A DNA stretch of 64,000 bases from an uncultured candidate division Zixibacteria bacterium. Lineage in GTDB: Bacteria > Zixibacteria > MSB-5A5 > GN15 > PGXB01. The stretch's first letter is position 1, and each line of letters starts with the position of its first letter. Shown here one piece after another: positions 13,641 to 23,428 of this stretch. Under the pieces are notes generated by a model. It searched no databases and was not told the DNA's origin. It worked only from the letters and a program-made list of their open reading frames with translations. The DNA lies in the NCBI GenBank assembly GCA_963702205.1, contig OY969724.1, positions 256,001 through 320,000 of the forward strand, given 5' to 3'. Position numbers and translations under genes: made by a program.

Positions 13641-14174
13641 TTATAACTTCAGCGGTTCGACGCCGCTTTCGAGTTCCAGAAGACGTTTCTTGCGCCAGAG
13701 CTTGCCACCATAACCGCCCAGCCCGCCGGAGCTTTCGATAACCCGGTGGCAGGGAATCACGACCGCGAGATAATTGGCGCCGTTGGCCCGTCCGACCGCC
13801 CGCACGCCTTTGGGGCTGCCGACGGCTTTTGCGATATCGGCGTAGCTGCGGGTCTGGCCATAGGGGATTTTCAGAAGCTCCTGCCAGACCTTCATCTCGA
13901 ACGGCGTGCCGGTGACGTCGATTTTAACCGTGAATTTTTTCAGAGAGCCGTTGAAATATCGTTCGAGCTGCTTTTCAAGATTATTCAAGTGGGGATGGCC
14001 GTTGGCGCTTTCGATGGTCGGGGTTTTATAGCGCCGCTCGACACGGGCCAAGATGAGGCCGACGCCGCCCCGGGCGTGCCATTCCAGAAAGCAGACACCT
14101 TTATTGGTCGCGCCACCGATCATGGGGCCCATCGGGCTCGAAAAATTCTTGTAGACAATTAACTGCTCGGGCAT
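13641..14174 (-). CDS. ogt: Methylated-DNA--protein-cysteine S-methyltransferase
   Basis: GTPFEMKVW, IPYGQTRSY, RAVGRANG, IPCHRV active site. Confidence 0.93.
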   Translation of the reverse strand: MPEQLIVYKNFSSPMGPMIGGATNKGVCFLEWHARGGVGLILARVERRYKTPTIESANGHPHLNNLEKQLERYFNGSLKKFTVKIDVTGTPFEMKVWQELLKIPYGQTRSYADIAKAVGSPKGVRAVGRANGANYLAVVIPCHRVIESSGGLGGYGGKLWRKKRLLELESGVEPLKL

Positions 14175-14337
14175 CAAGCCTCCCCACAAAACCAGGCTGT
14201 AATTTCAGCCAACGGTTAAAAAACGCTCATTGTATGTATAATTTAATCAAAGAAATGCCGCATGTCTATCATTTTCCGCTCGGGATGCGGGAAACGGGCG
14301 GAACTTACTTATTGATTTAGTCTTAGGGCCAGACATA

Positions 14338-14535
14338 TCAAAGAAACCTGGGGAGGATTATGGATAATATCAGCGACAAACCAAAAAAGAACGCAAAAGC
14401 GATCAGAGCCGTTTCGAGCGAGTTACGGCGGATTTTTGTTTTCTCGGCGAAGTGGTGGCGGTATTCGTTGTATGAGATCAAATAAGCCATCGCGGCGGCG
14501 ACACAGCCAAAAATGACCCCCAGAAAAACGACCAT
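14338..14535 (-). CDS. Small two-helix membrane protein, hypothetical
   Basis: Two hydrophobic segments flanking YNEYRHHF; lies downstream of mgtE. Confidence 0.6.
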   Translation of the reverse strand: MVVFLGVIFGCVAAAMAYLISYNEYRHHFAEKTKIRRNSLETALIAFAFFFGLSLILSIILPRFL

Positions 14536-14608
14536 AATCGATTCCGACCTCAATTTCGCTTCTCCTGTAATATTAAATCATCCACCGGCAAAGCTGCAAG
14601 ATCATAAT

Positions 14609-15994
14609 CTATATGCCGAGCAAAAGTTTCGCCGTCGCAAAATAAATCAGAAGTCCCGATATATCAACAATTGTCGTCAACGCCGGGCTGGCCACAACAG
14701 CCGGGTCCCATTTCATTTTGGCCGCACCCAGCGGCAAAAGGGCCCCGATTATGGTGGCGGTTACGACCTGCAATCCGAGCGCGATGGCGATGGCAAAAGC
14801 GATGCGTGTCAACGGGAAGTGCATCGGGATGTCGGTGCTGCTGGAAAGAAACATCACCTTGCCCCACGACATGACCGCCAGGACGATCGCCAGAAGAATC
14901 GCGACTTTGAATTCCTTGAAAAGCACTTTCAGTACGTCTCCGGGCGAGATCTCGTGCAGCGCCAGCGCGCGCACGACAACCGTCGCCGACTGACTCCCGG
15001 TATTGCCGCCGGTATCGGCCACCATCGGCATATACAAAGCGAGGATAAGCAGATTCATGAGCGTATTTTCGAAACTGTGAATGATGAGGCCGGAGACAAG
15101 CCCGAGCGCCGCCAGACCGATAATCCAGTACGCCCGGTTTTTGAAATGCAGCCAGGACGACGTTTTAAGGTACACGCCCGCTTCATGGCTGCCGGTGATA
15201 GCCATCAGCTTTTCCATATCCTCGGTATGCTCCTGCGTGATGATGTCGAGAGCATCGTCGTGCGTGATGATTCCGACCAGAGCGTCGCCGCCGTTGAGGA
15301 CCGGGAGAGCCAAAAGATCGTACTTCTGGATTTTATTGGCGGCGTCCTCCTGATCGTCATCGACCCGCGCGAAAATAACCTCACGGTGCATGATATCTTC
15401 GACAAGAGCGTTGCTCCGCGCGATAATCAGATCCTTGAGCGAGACGAATCCGAGCAGCTTGCGGTTTTCATCGACAACATACGCGTAATAGATCGTCTCT
15501 TTATCCGGCGCCACCTGGCGGAGGTGGGCGATAGCCTGCGATGCGGTAAGCTGCCGGGGCAGGGTGGCATAATCCGACGTCATAACCGCGCCGGCGGTGC
15601 CTTCTTCGTAGGATACCAGCCGACGGATATCCTCCCGTTCCGCCTGGGCAAGGACGGGCAGGATGGCCTCGCGTTTGTCTTCGGACAGCTCCTTAAAAAG
15701 ATCGGCGCGGTCATCGGGCGGCATGTCGGCCAGGATACTGGCTATTTCCTCACGGCGGACATTTTCAACCATCGCCACCTGAAGGTCCTCGTCGAGATGG
15801 CTGAAAATCTCGGCCCGGTGCGGCGAATCAACCTGCCGCAACAGTTCCCAGGCTTCTTTGACGTCGAGCGCGGATATAAGCTCGGCCACGATGCCCGGGT
15901 GGTTGGCCTTGACGAATTCATTCAGGGCCCGGGCATTTTTGGCCGCGAGCATTTCGCGCAATTCGGGAATTAATATTGGATTTTTCTGAATCAT
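14609..15994 (-). CDS. mgtE: Magnesium transporter MgtE
   Basis: MgtE N-domain (MPPDDRADL), CBS pair, DTGGNTGSQS, DPAVVASPALTTIVD. Confidence 0.96.
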   Translation of the reverse strand: MIQKNPILIPELREMLAAKNARALNEFVKANHPGIVAELISALDVKEAWELLRQVDSPHRAEIFSHLDEDLQVAMVENVRREEIASILADMPPDDRADLFKELSEDKREAILPVLAQAEREDIRRLVSYEEGTAGAVMTSDYATLPRQLTASQAIAHLRQVAPDKETIYYAYVVDENRKLLGFVSLKDLIIARSNALVEDIMHREVIFARVDDDQEDAANKIQKYDLLALPVLNGGDALVGIITHDDALDIITQEHTEDMEKLMAITGSHEAGVYLKTSSWLHFKNRAYWIIGLAALGLVSGLIIHSFENTLMNLLILALYMPMVADTGGNTGSQSATVVVRALALHEISPGDVLKVLFKEFKVAILLAIVLAVMSWGKVMFLSSSTDIPMHFPLTRIAFAIAIALGLQVVTATIIGALLPLGAAKMKWDPAVVASPALTTIVDISGLLIYFATAKLLLGI

Positions 15995-16053
15995 GATTCA
16001 CCTCCGTTTCGGTTGCGACGGATTGCCGACCGCCGCCGGAGATGAATCGGGGG

Positions 16054-16191
16054 CTATGCTCGGACGGAGCAAAGGCCGATTGCATCGGCGGCAGCGTGAC
16101 GAATTCGCCGCAACTCAGAGTCATCGGGTCCGCTTTGCGTCATTTCGTCTTCTGCAAAGTGACGTTTATGACTGCCATCAGTGCCGTCCAT
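16054..16191 (-). CDS. Putative 45-aa leader peptide (uORF) upstream of mgtE
   Basis: AGGAGG SD then ATG at 16191: MDGTDGSHKRHFAEDEMTQSGPDDSELRRIRHAAADAIGLCSVRA; stops 59 nt before mgtE. Confidence 0.45.
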   Translation of the reverse strand: MDGTDGSHKRHFAEDEMTQSGPDDSELRRIRHAAADAIGLCSVRA

Positions 16192-16304
16192 TGAACAGCC
16201 TCCTAAAAGTTAAAAAATTACCCCGGCGACCTTCTGTCGCCGAACCAGAATTATAAACGTATCGAATCCGAAAAAGTCAAGCAGGTTTCTGAATATAATA
16301 TGGC

Positions 16305-16646
16305 CTATTCGGTGTGGTTGTGGCGATAGACAATAACCCGGACTTTTTCCAGCGTCACGAGTCCCTCGCCGATCATCTTGTTCAGGTCCGGCAGAAACGC
16401 CTCGACCTTATCTTCGGTTTCGACAATCTCGACAATGACCGGCATGTCTTCGGACAGCCGAAGCAGTTTCGATGTGTGAATCCGGCTGTTGGCGCCGAAA
16501 CCGAGAAAGCCCCGCACCACCGTCGCCCCGGCCATGCCGCGCTTGCGGGCTTCCTCGACGATGACCTCGTAGAGTGGTCGGCCGTCGATTTTGTCGCTCT
16601 CCCCTATAAAAATCCGCAACAACAGAGAGCTGGAAGGAAGTTCCAT
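16305..16646 (-). CDS. DUF190 (PII-like) protein
   Basis: LLRIFIGESD, GMAGATVVRG, LRLSEDMPVIVEIV; usual crcB neighbour. Confidence 0.9.
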   Translation of the reverse strand: MELPSSSLLLRIFIGESDKIDGRPLYEVIVEEARKRGMAGATVVRGFLGFGANSRIHTSKLLRLSEDMPVIVEIVETEDKVEAFLPDLNKMIGEGLVTLEKVRVIVYRHNHTE

Positions 16647-16659
16647 AATCGATACTCCT

Positions 16660-17037
16660 TTAAATTAAGCGTCCGAGGGCTGCCCCGATAAACAACGCAA
16701 TCAAACCCAGCCCGTTTTGCAACAAAATATTACCGGCGGCGGAAGTCCATTGGGCGGCGTTAAGCATCTGGCCGGTCTCGAAAATAAACGCGGAAAAAGT
16801 CGTGAACGCACCCATAAAACCAACCAGCACCAAAATTCTGACTTGCCCGGTAGCGGGCCAGCGGCTTTCCAGCAAAGCCCAGATCAGGCCGGTCAGAAAG
16901 CAGCCGAGGATATTTACGGTGATCGTCCCCCACGGAAATGAAATGCCGTCGATGCGGTGAACAAGCCCGGCTAACCCGTAGCGTGCCAAAGTGCCCAGGG
17001 CACCGGCCAAAGCCAGCCAGGCAAATTTCTGAAACAT
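16660..17037 (-). CDS. crcB: Fluoride efflux channel Fluc/CrcB
   Basis: GALGTLARY, FPWGTITVN, GFMGAFTTFSAF. Confidence 0.95.
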   Translation of the reverse strand: MFQKFAWLALAGALGTLARYGLAGLVHRIDGISFPWGTITVNILGCFLTGLIWALLESRWPATGQVRILVLVGFMGAFTTFSAFIFETGQMLNAAQWTSAAGNILLQNGLGLIALFIGAALGRLI

Positions 17038-17149
17038 GAGAAAGTCCTCCTTAAATCAACCTGTTCCGGGTCGCGTTGCGGCCATAAAAAAAGCCCCCGT
17101 GCGGCGGGTGATATGCATTTTTCCTGACCCGGCCGCACCAATAACCTGC

Positions 17150-17206
17150 GCGGCAGGAGTCATCAGCCCGGCCCGGGCGGTTCTAAGGGGGACCCCATCC
17201 CCGATT
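17150..17206 (-). ncRNA. Fluoride (crcB) riboswitch
   Basis: Minus strand GGGGATGGGGTCCCCC-TTAGAACCGC-CCGGGCCGG-GCTGATGACTCCTGC fits the GxxGATGGxGTxxxCC..AACCGC..GCTGATGACTCCT consensus; downstream GGGGGCTTTTTTT near 17086-17098 may serve as terminator platform. Confidence 0.9.
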
Positions 17207-17321
17207 CGCGGACAATAGTATTATACGGGGGTAATATTGTCAAGGCTATTGTTTTCTAAAAACCCGGCAGGTTTGCGAACCACCGGGCATAAGAATTTCA
17301 AACGAATATTCCCGCAGCAAG

Positions 17322-17492
17322 GGGCTTGTTGAAAAAGGGGTACAAATATATTCCGTCAGGTGATTATCCCGACGAAGTCGGGATCGACACCTGATGGCTT
17401 CTTTAGCTTCAATGACTTACAATGCGGTCAGGTCACACGCCCCGATAAATCGGGACGCAGGACCTGACCGAACAGACTTTTTCAACAAGCCC
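17322..17492. mobile_element. MITE (171 bp) with IS5/IS1182-like ends
   Basis: Perfect TIR GGGCTTGTTGAAAAAG / CTTTTTCAACAAGCCC; 4-bp duplication CAAG at 17318-17321 and 17493-17496; no transposase; contains two REP-like hairpins. Confidence 0.8.
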
Positions 17493-17570
17493 CAAGCTGC
17501 GGGCGACCCCGTCCGGGCGCAACGTACGAAGATTGTGTCGCCCACAGCTTGCTGTGGGTTCCATCATGGG

Positions 17571-17675
17571 GTATAAACCGGGCAGACAGGTAACAATTTA
17601 GACCGGGGACATAGGTAACAGGTTAAATTACGGGACAGATCAAGGAGGTGATTCGTGCCGTGGAAAGAGACCTGT
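17571..17675 (+). mobile_element. IS481-like left-end relic
   Basis: Tandem CCGGGCAGACAGGTAACA / CCGGGGACATAGGTAACA subterminal repeats, AGGAGG, then GTG-PWKETC, resembling IS481 transposase N-termini; similarity ends after about 7 codons. Confidence 0.6.
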
Positions 17676-17700
17676 TATTATAGTGGGCGGCAGATGTCCA

Positions 17701-17853
17701 GAGGCTGTCTCAAAAGTACTCTTTTTAAGTTCCGCGGGGTCTTGTCTGGACGAAGTCGGGATGTGACCCTGCGGTCTTTCAACGGTTTCCGTCGGGTGAC
17801 AATTTCGACCACGTCGAAATCAACACCCGACGGAACACTTTTGGGACAGCCTC
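17701..17853. mobile_element. MITE (153 bp) with IS1182/IS5-like ends
   Basis: TIR GAGGCTGTCTCAAAAGT / ACTTTTGGGACAGCCTC (1 mismatch); 4-bp duplication TCCA at 17697-17700 and 17854-17857; contains an inverted pair of REP-like hairpins. Confidence 0.8.
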
Positions 17854-17887
17854 TCCACATCTGCCCCCTTTTCCGTGCATCCTCCAG

Positions 17888-17922
17888 ACGCTCGGGCACA
17901 TGTGGACATGTGCCGCGCACTA
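17888..17922. repeat. REP-like palindrome, family D (GCACATGTGGACATGTGC-CGCGCAC)
   Basis: Repeated at 19699-19731 and 19765-19788; an inverted, MITE-interrupted variant spans about 17681-17866. Confidence 0.8.
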
Positions 17923-17945
17923 ATGGGCGACCATGACCCAATCGT

Positions 17946-18722
17946 CTATTTAAATATCTCGGAGAAGAAATCTTTCATGTGCTGCCAGGAACGTCTATCA
18001 GCCGACGCATTGTAAGCGACGCCTTTCGAGGGATCGCTGCCGGAATTGGGATTGGTGAAGGAATGCACCGCGCCGGAATATATTATGAATTGATAATCGA
18101 CGTTGGCCGCGCGCATTTCATCCATGAAGGCTTTGATCTGGTCGAAGGAAGTATATGGGTCGTCGGCGCCGTGGCACACAAGAATTTTGCACTTGATATT
18201 TTTGGCTATTGAGGGATCGGGCGTGTCGAGGTTGCCGTGGAAACTGACCACGCCGTCAATATCGGCCCCCGAGCGCGCTAATTCCAGGACCGTCCCGCCG
18301 CCGAAACAGTAACCGATCGCGGCGATGCGGCCGTTGTCGCAGAGTTCGTTGCCCCGAAGGACGTTCAGCCCGGCCGTGACACGCCGCCTCATGAGCGGGC
18401 GGTCGTTGCGATATATGCTCGCCTGCTTTGACGCTTCTTCCGTTGTCTGCGGGCGGATCCCTTTACCGTACATATCCACCGCGAACGCCACATAGCCCAG
18501 TTCGGCCAGCTGGCGGCAGCGCGATTTGGCGTAATCGTTGAGACCGGTCCATTCGTGCACGACCAGCACGCCCGGCCGTTTGGCGCTGGTGGCGTTATCC
18601 CAGGCCAGATAGCCCTCGAGGACGGCGTCGCCGTCTTTGTATTCCACCGATTTAGTCACTATCTCTCCTCTCACCCCGGCTATGACGAAAAACACCAGGG
18701 CCAGACATACGACAAATTTCAT
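17946..18722 (-). CDS. Dienelactone hydrolase family protein, secreted
   Basis: Signal peptide; HEWTGLN, GYCFGG nucleophile elbow, HGADDP, HSFTNP. Confidence 0.92.
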   Translation of the reverse strand: MKFVVCLALVFFVIAGVRGEIVTKSVEYKDGDAVLEGYLAWDNATSAKRPGVLVVHEWTGLNDYAKSRCRQLAELGYVAFAVDMYGKGIRPQTTEEASKQASIYRNDRPLMRRRVTAGLNVLRGNELCDNGRIAAIGYCFGGGTVLELARSGADIDGVVSFHGNLDTPDPSIAKNIKCKILVCHGADDPYTSFDQIKAFMDEMRAANVDYQFIIYSGAVHSFTNPNSGSDPSKGVAYNASADRRSWQHMKDFFSEIFK

Positions 18723-18810
18723 CTCCGCTCCTTTTTATATATGCTTGATAGGGTACAAAACAGGGATTTCGTGTTGCGGTTCCCGGGAGGCTAATCCTGT
18801 AAACAGACCA

Positions 18811-18911
18811 GTAGGTCGGGTTCTGAATCCCCGTAACCGCGGGGATGAAAAACCTGACATCTTTTTGTCGGGTTTCTCGTTACACTTCGCTCCACTCGGA
18901 ACCCGACCTAC
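18811..18911. repeat. Inverted doublet of family A GTAG-REPs (REPIN-like)
   Basis: GTAGGTCGGGTTC...AACCTGACA (18811-18859) and TGTCGGGTTTCTC...GAACCCGACCTAC (18866-18911). Confidence 0.8.
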
Positions 18912-18945
18912 TTTTTTTAAACTTCACTATGTTATTTCTACGGAA

Positions 18946-19539
18946 TTACTTTGTCTTTTTCTTCGCCAAAACACCGGCGTTTTGCATGAGATGTTTCAGC
19001 AGGAGAATCTGACCGTGGTGGGTACAGAAATGTTCGAACACGTGGTACAAGGTCCAGGCCCGCGTGAATTTTGCACTTTTTTTGCCGTGTTTCAAAGTAT
19101 AAAATTTATCGAGGTCTTTATCACGCCAGGTCTTCATTTCTTTTAAAATCGCCCGCCGGGCTTTGGCCATCGCCGACAGGTACTTTTCAATCGTGTAGTT
19201 TTTCAGATACGACGGGTGCTTTCCGTTCGGCGCCAGCGGCATGCCGTCGTCTTCGAAGCCGAGAATTTTCACCGTCATTTTTTTGCCGTCGGGGTTCCAT
19301 TGAATTTCATTGGGCGCGATGCATACCCACCACACTTCGACCAGCGCGTTGTGGGCCAGGAGCATGCCGACCGTATTCATACCCGGCTTTTGCTGCCATT
19401 CGAGCTGTTTGACGGTCAGACCTTTCACGGCATTTTTGAGCTTCTTAAGTTGGTACTCAAGCTGAGCGGCCCAGAATCCGATCTGCTTTTGTGTTCTCGG
19501 ATCAAAACCATTGGCGATTTTAAGTTCGTACTTTTCCAT
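18946..19539 (-). CDS. DinB/DUF664 family protein
   Basis: NTVGMLLAH and LYHVFEHFCTHHGQI metal-binding His pattern. Confidence 0.85.
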   Translation of the reverse strand: MEKYELKIANGFDPRTQKQIGFWAAQLEYQLKKLKNAVKGLTVKQLEWQQKPGMNTVGMLLAHNALVEVWWVCIAPNEIQWNPDGKKMTVKILGFEDDGMPLAPNGKHPSYLKNYTIEKYLSAMAKARRAILKEMKTWRDKDLDKFYTLKHGKKSAKFTRAWTLYHVFEHFCTHHGQILLLKHLMQNAGVLAKKKTK

Positions 19540-19639
19540 TTTATCTCCTCAAATGTGGAATTTTCGTTTTCGTGAATTTATAATGTACGGACAATATACG
19601 CGCGAAATCAAGTGAATACGGGAATTTGTGATACGGTTT

Positions 19640-19788
19640 CCGTCAGGTGACAATTTCGTTTTCGTCGAAATCAACACCTGACGGAACGATTTTACCCCAC
19701 GCTCGGGCACATGTGGACATGTGCCGCGCACAAACTTCCGGCGCACTTCATCTGCTGCGCACAACACATGTGGACATGTGCCGCGCAC
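19640..19788. repeat. REP cluster: one family B copy and two family D copies
   Basis: CCGTCAGGTGACAAT..ATCAACACCTGACGGAAC (19640-19687) followed by two CACATGTGGACATGTG-CCGCGCAC copies. Confidence 0.78.
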
Positions 19789-19833
19789 AAATATACACGG
19801 GAAAGCAAGTGATTACGGGAATTTGTAATATTG

Positions 19834-21811
19834 TCATTTAAGCTTCGTGTTAAGCAGTCTCAACGAATTGAAAACCACCAACAGCGTGACGCCCATGTCG
19901 GCGAAGATAGCCATCCAGAGCGTCGCCATATCCAGCCAGGCGAGAATCATGAAAGTCGCCTTGATCAACAGGGCGAAAATAACATTCTGCTTGATCATAC
20001 CCATAACCCGCCGCGAATGTGCGATCAGCCACGGTATTCGGCTCAGATCATCGGACATGAGCGCGATATCGGCGGTTTCGATGGCCGCGTCGGTCCCGGC
20101 CGCACCCATGGCGATACCGACGGTAGCAGCGGCGAGCGCCGGTGCATCGTTAACGCCATCGCCGACCATAGCGACGTGCTTTCGCTCGTCGACAAGGTGT
20201 CGGATCAGTTCGACTTTATCGTCGGGCAGAAGTTCCGCTCGATACTCGTCGATTCCTGCCATCTCGGCAATAGTACGGGCCGCGGCTTCGATGTCCCCGG
20301 TAAGCAGGTACGGTTTTCTTGATGCCGAGAGTTTTAAGACGGGCGATGGCTTCGGCGGCGTCGGGACGAAGCATATCGGCCAGGCTAATCAGCCCGCAGA
20401 CGTGGTCGTCGTTGCCGACCGCTATCACAGATTGACCGGAATTTTCCAGCGAAGTGGCTTCGTTATGAAAATGCTCGTGCTCGGGAGCACGTTCGTGAAT
20501 GTAGCGGTGCGATCCAATCCAGTATTTTTTCTCGTTCATGACCGCTTCGGCCCCCTTGCCGCGAATGCTCTGAAACTCGGAGACGTCGTTGTACTTCACG
20601 CCGTCTTGATCGGCCCGGCGCACTATCGCGCGGGCGATGGGGTGTTCGCTGTACGATTCCAGCGAGGCGGCGTTGGCCAGGAGGTGTTCCGGCGTATGAT
20701 CTTCCAGCGGAAGAACTTCGCGAACTTCGAGCCGTCCCGACGTGAGCGTGCCGGTTTTGTCGAAGGCGATTACTTCAAGATGGGCGGGCGCCTCGAGGTA
20801 CACCGCGCCTTTCACCAGCACCCCCGCCCGGGCCGATGAGGCCAGTCCGGCCATGATGCTGACCGACGTTGACACCAACAGGGCGCAGGGGCAGGAAATG
20901 ACCAGCATCACCAGCGCGTTATAAAACCAGACATTAAACGACGCCGACGCCACCAGCGGCGGAATGGCCGCTACCAGTATGGCCCCGATCAACATCGCCG
21001 GAGTATAGTAGCGGGCGAATTTTTGTATCCATTGTTCTACCGGTGCGCGATGCGTCTGCGCTTCGGCCACTCGATGGATGATCCGCGCCAGCGTGGTGTC
21101 GGATGAGGTCCGGGTGACTTCGAATTCAAACGCCCCCTGATTGTTGACCGTCCCGGCGAAAACTTCATCGTCGATGTTTTTCTCGACCGGCACCGATTCG
21201 CCGGTGATGGGTGACTGATCGACCGACGTCGATCCGCTGGTTATTTTGCCATCGAGCGGGATTTTTTCACCCGGCAGGACGCGCACGGCTCGCCCGATTG
21301 AAACTTCTTCGACGCGCGTAATCGAGGTCTCGCCACCATCACCGATAACGCGCGCGGTGAGCGGTTTTAAATCCATCAGGGCGGCGACTGCGTTTTTGGC
21401 CCGCCCTACCGACCAGTTTTCCATGACCAGTGACAGGGCGTACAAAAAGGCAACCGTGGCCGCTTCTAAATAGTCGCCGATAGCAACCGCTCCAATGACG
21501 GCTATGGTCATCAGGACGGATACATCGGTCCGAAGTTTTTTGATTGAACCATAAAACGACGGCGCGACATGCCACCAGGCGGCGACAATGGCCAGAAGAT
21601 ACATGACGAGGCTGGCGGTCGGCATATTTTGGGAGAACAAAGCTCCGCCAAACCTGGCCCCGACGGCGTTGATCACGAACCCCGCCAGCAGGAATAACAG
21701 ACTGGCGGCGCAGAAAAACTCACGTTTGTATTTCAAAAGGCGCGTTTCGGGCGCGGTGGTTACATCGCAGTTGCAGCCGCAATCACAGGTATGGTCTTTA
21801 TTGGTCATCAT
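19834..21811 (-). CDS. Heavy-metal P1B-type ATPase (Cd/Zn/Pb-like), apparent +1 frameshift at about 20307
   Basis: HTCDCGCNC N-terminus, TGES, SCPC, DKTGTLT, SEHP; removing one base at 20307-20308 restores TVLLTGD and joins the frame carrying GDGVNDAPALA. Confidence 0.9.
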
Positions 21812-21850
21812 CTCAAATATAACGTATTATCGGCCTTATTTTATACAATA

Positions 21851-21871
21851 AAAGCCCGGATATACCGGGCT
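21851..21871 (-). terminator. Intrinsic terminator
   Basis: Minus strand AGCCCGG-TATAT-CCGGGCT-TTT. Confidence 0.65.
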
Positions 21872-21900
21872 GTCAGGATTAAAATCAGACATTTCCGGAT

Positions 21901-22116
21901 TTATTTGGGGGATTTGATCAGGCGGTCGATTATTAAAAAAGCCAGGGCCGCCCGATCGTTGCGGTTGAAATCGGCCTCAAGCACGTCGAGTTGCGCGTGC
22001 AGGCGGGCGGCACCGTCGCTGTCGCCCATGACCATATCGTACGCCGTCTTCAACTGCGTGGTATTTATGCAATATACCGACTCGCCCCCGGTTATTTCAA
22101 TCGGCTGCCGACTCAT
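21901..22116 (-). CDS. Hypothetical small protein
   Basis: ORF right after the HesB gene and before a terminator; no motif recognised. Confidence 0.55.
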   Translation of the reverse strand: MSRQPIEITGGESVYCINTTQLKTAYDMVMGDSDGAARLHAQLDVLEADFNRNDRAALAFLIIDRLIKSPK

Positions 22117-22132
22117 AGCACTATCCGTCCCA

Positions 22133-22447
22133 TCAGGCCGCAAAGCTGGCTCCGCACCCGCACGATTTACTGGCGTTGGGATTGGTGAATTTGAAGCCGG
22201 CGTTGATGAGATCGTCGCTGTAATCGATATTCAGCCCGTCCAGATACAGCATGCTCTTGAATTCCGACACAATGCGGACGTCGTCTTTCTCGAACAGGAC
22301 CTCATCGGCGTCGGCCAGTACGGTATCAATGGCGGCGGCGTAGGTCATACCCGAACAACCGCCCGCGACGATAGAAATTCGCAGAAATTTTTCTTTGCCT
22401 ATTTCGAGTTTTTTTAGTTGCTCGACCGCTTTATCGGATACGTTCAT
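22133..22447 (-). CDS. HesB/IscA-family Fe-S cluster assembly accessory protein
   Basis: GGCSGMTY and NPNASKSCGCGASF. Confidence 0.93.
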   Translation of the reverse strand: MNVSDKAVEQLKKLEIGKEKFLRISIVAGGCSGMTYAAAIDTVLADADEVLFEKDDVRIVSEFKSMLYLDGLNIDYSDDLINAGFKFTNPNASKSCGCGASFAA

Positions 22448-22692
22448 ATTCACTTTTAACCACCTTTCCATTTTTGTTAGACTCCATGCACGACATTATA
22501 CGGGCCGTTCCGCCGGCATAATGGACTTTATTTGTCTATTATGCCGCGTGTCTTTAAACGAATATGGCGATTAAATGTTCCGAGTTCGTATCTATCGTGA
22601 AAGACTGCACAATTTCCCACAGATTGACCAATATATTGACAATTGGCGCTGTATCTGATATTTAGGGCAGGAAGGAAACGAAAAAAATTGAT

Positions 22693-23385
22693 ATGAACAA
22701 AGGCCTTCAAAAAATATACGCCGAAATACCGGGGACGTATGAGTTTCTCAACCATCTCCTGACGCTCGGGGTCGATGTCGTCTGCCGTAACCGGGCCGCC
22801 CGGATGGGCGCCGAAGGCGGCGGGGAGCGCTGGTTGGACGTCTGCACCGGCACCGGCGAACTGGCCCAGAAGCTCTATGATCTCAAGCAAAACGGGACGC
22901 AAGTCTACGGGGCCGATTTTTCCCTGCCGATGACTCGCCTGGCACGTCGTAAACCGGACGGAGATAAAATACAATTCGTCATCAGCGACGCCCGGTCCCT
23001 GCCATTCGAAGATAACTTTTTCGACCTCGTGACTATCTCGTTCGCCGTGCGCAATATCAATTCCACCGGCGGCGGTCTTCTCCCCCATTTTGCCGAGTTT
23101 TGCCGGGTGCTCAAACCGGGCGGGCGGTTTATCTGCCTGGAAACCAGCCAGCCGAAATACAAAGTCTTCCGCAAGATAATGCACCTGTATGTTAGTCTCA
23201 CCGTGGCCCAGCTCGGCGGTTTGATTTCCGGCTCGAAAGGCGGCTATAAATACCTGGCGTCGTCGATACCCCGCTTCTATAGCGCCGACCAGGTGGCGGA
23301 AATACTCCATAGCGCCGGATTTTCCGAAGTGTCATACAAACTGCCGTTTTTCGGAATCACCGCGATTCATAAAGCGATCAAATAA
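22693..23385 (+). CDS. UbiE/MenG-family methyltransferase
   Basis: YEFLNHLLTLG, LDVCTGTG, LPFEDNFFD, RVLKPGG, YKYLASSI. Confidence 0.88.
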   Translation: MNKGLQKIYAEIPGTYEFLNHLLTLGVDVVCRNRAARMGAEGGGERWLDVCTGTGELAQKLYDLKQNGTQVYGADFSLPMTRLARRKPDGDKIQFVISDARSLPFEDNFFDLVTISFAVRNINSTGGGLLPHFAEFCRVLKPGGRFICLETSQPKYKVFRKIMHLYVSLTVAQLGGLISGSKGGYKYLASSIPRFYSADQVAEILHSAGFSEVSYKLPFFGITAIHKAIK

Positions 23386-23428
23386 TACTGTTGCCCTTAA
23401 GGCACTGCCGGTTATATAATCTACTGCC

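Noticed and set aside
14513..15973. 486-aa plus-strand ORF and similar long antisense ORFs
   Set aside because: Antisense shadows of recognisable GC-rich genes such as mgtE; no motifs.
15995..16300. M-box riboswitch upstream of mgtE
   Set aside because: Consensus not recognisable by eye; an Rfam scan would settle it.
17655..17941. ORFs 17655-17936 and 17678-17941 (also 19549-19788) as genes
   Set aside because: They read through REP/MITE DNA; the shared VRGTCPHV peptide is just the palindrome translated.
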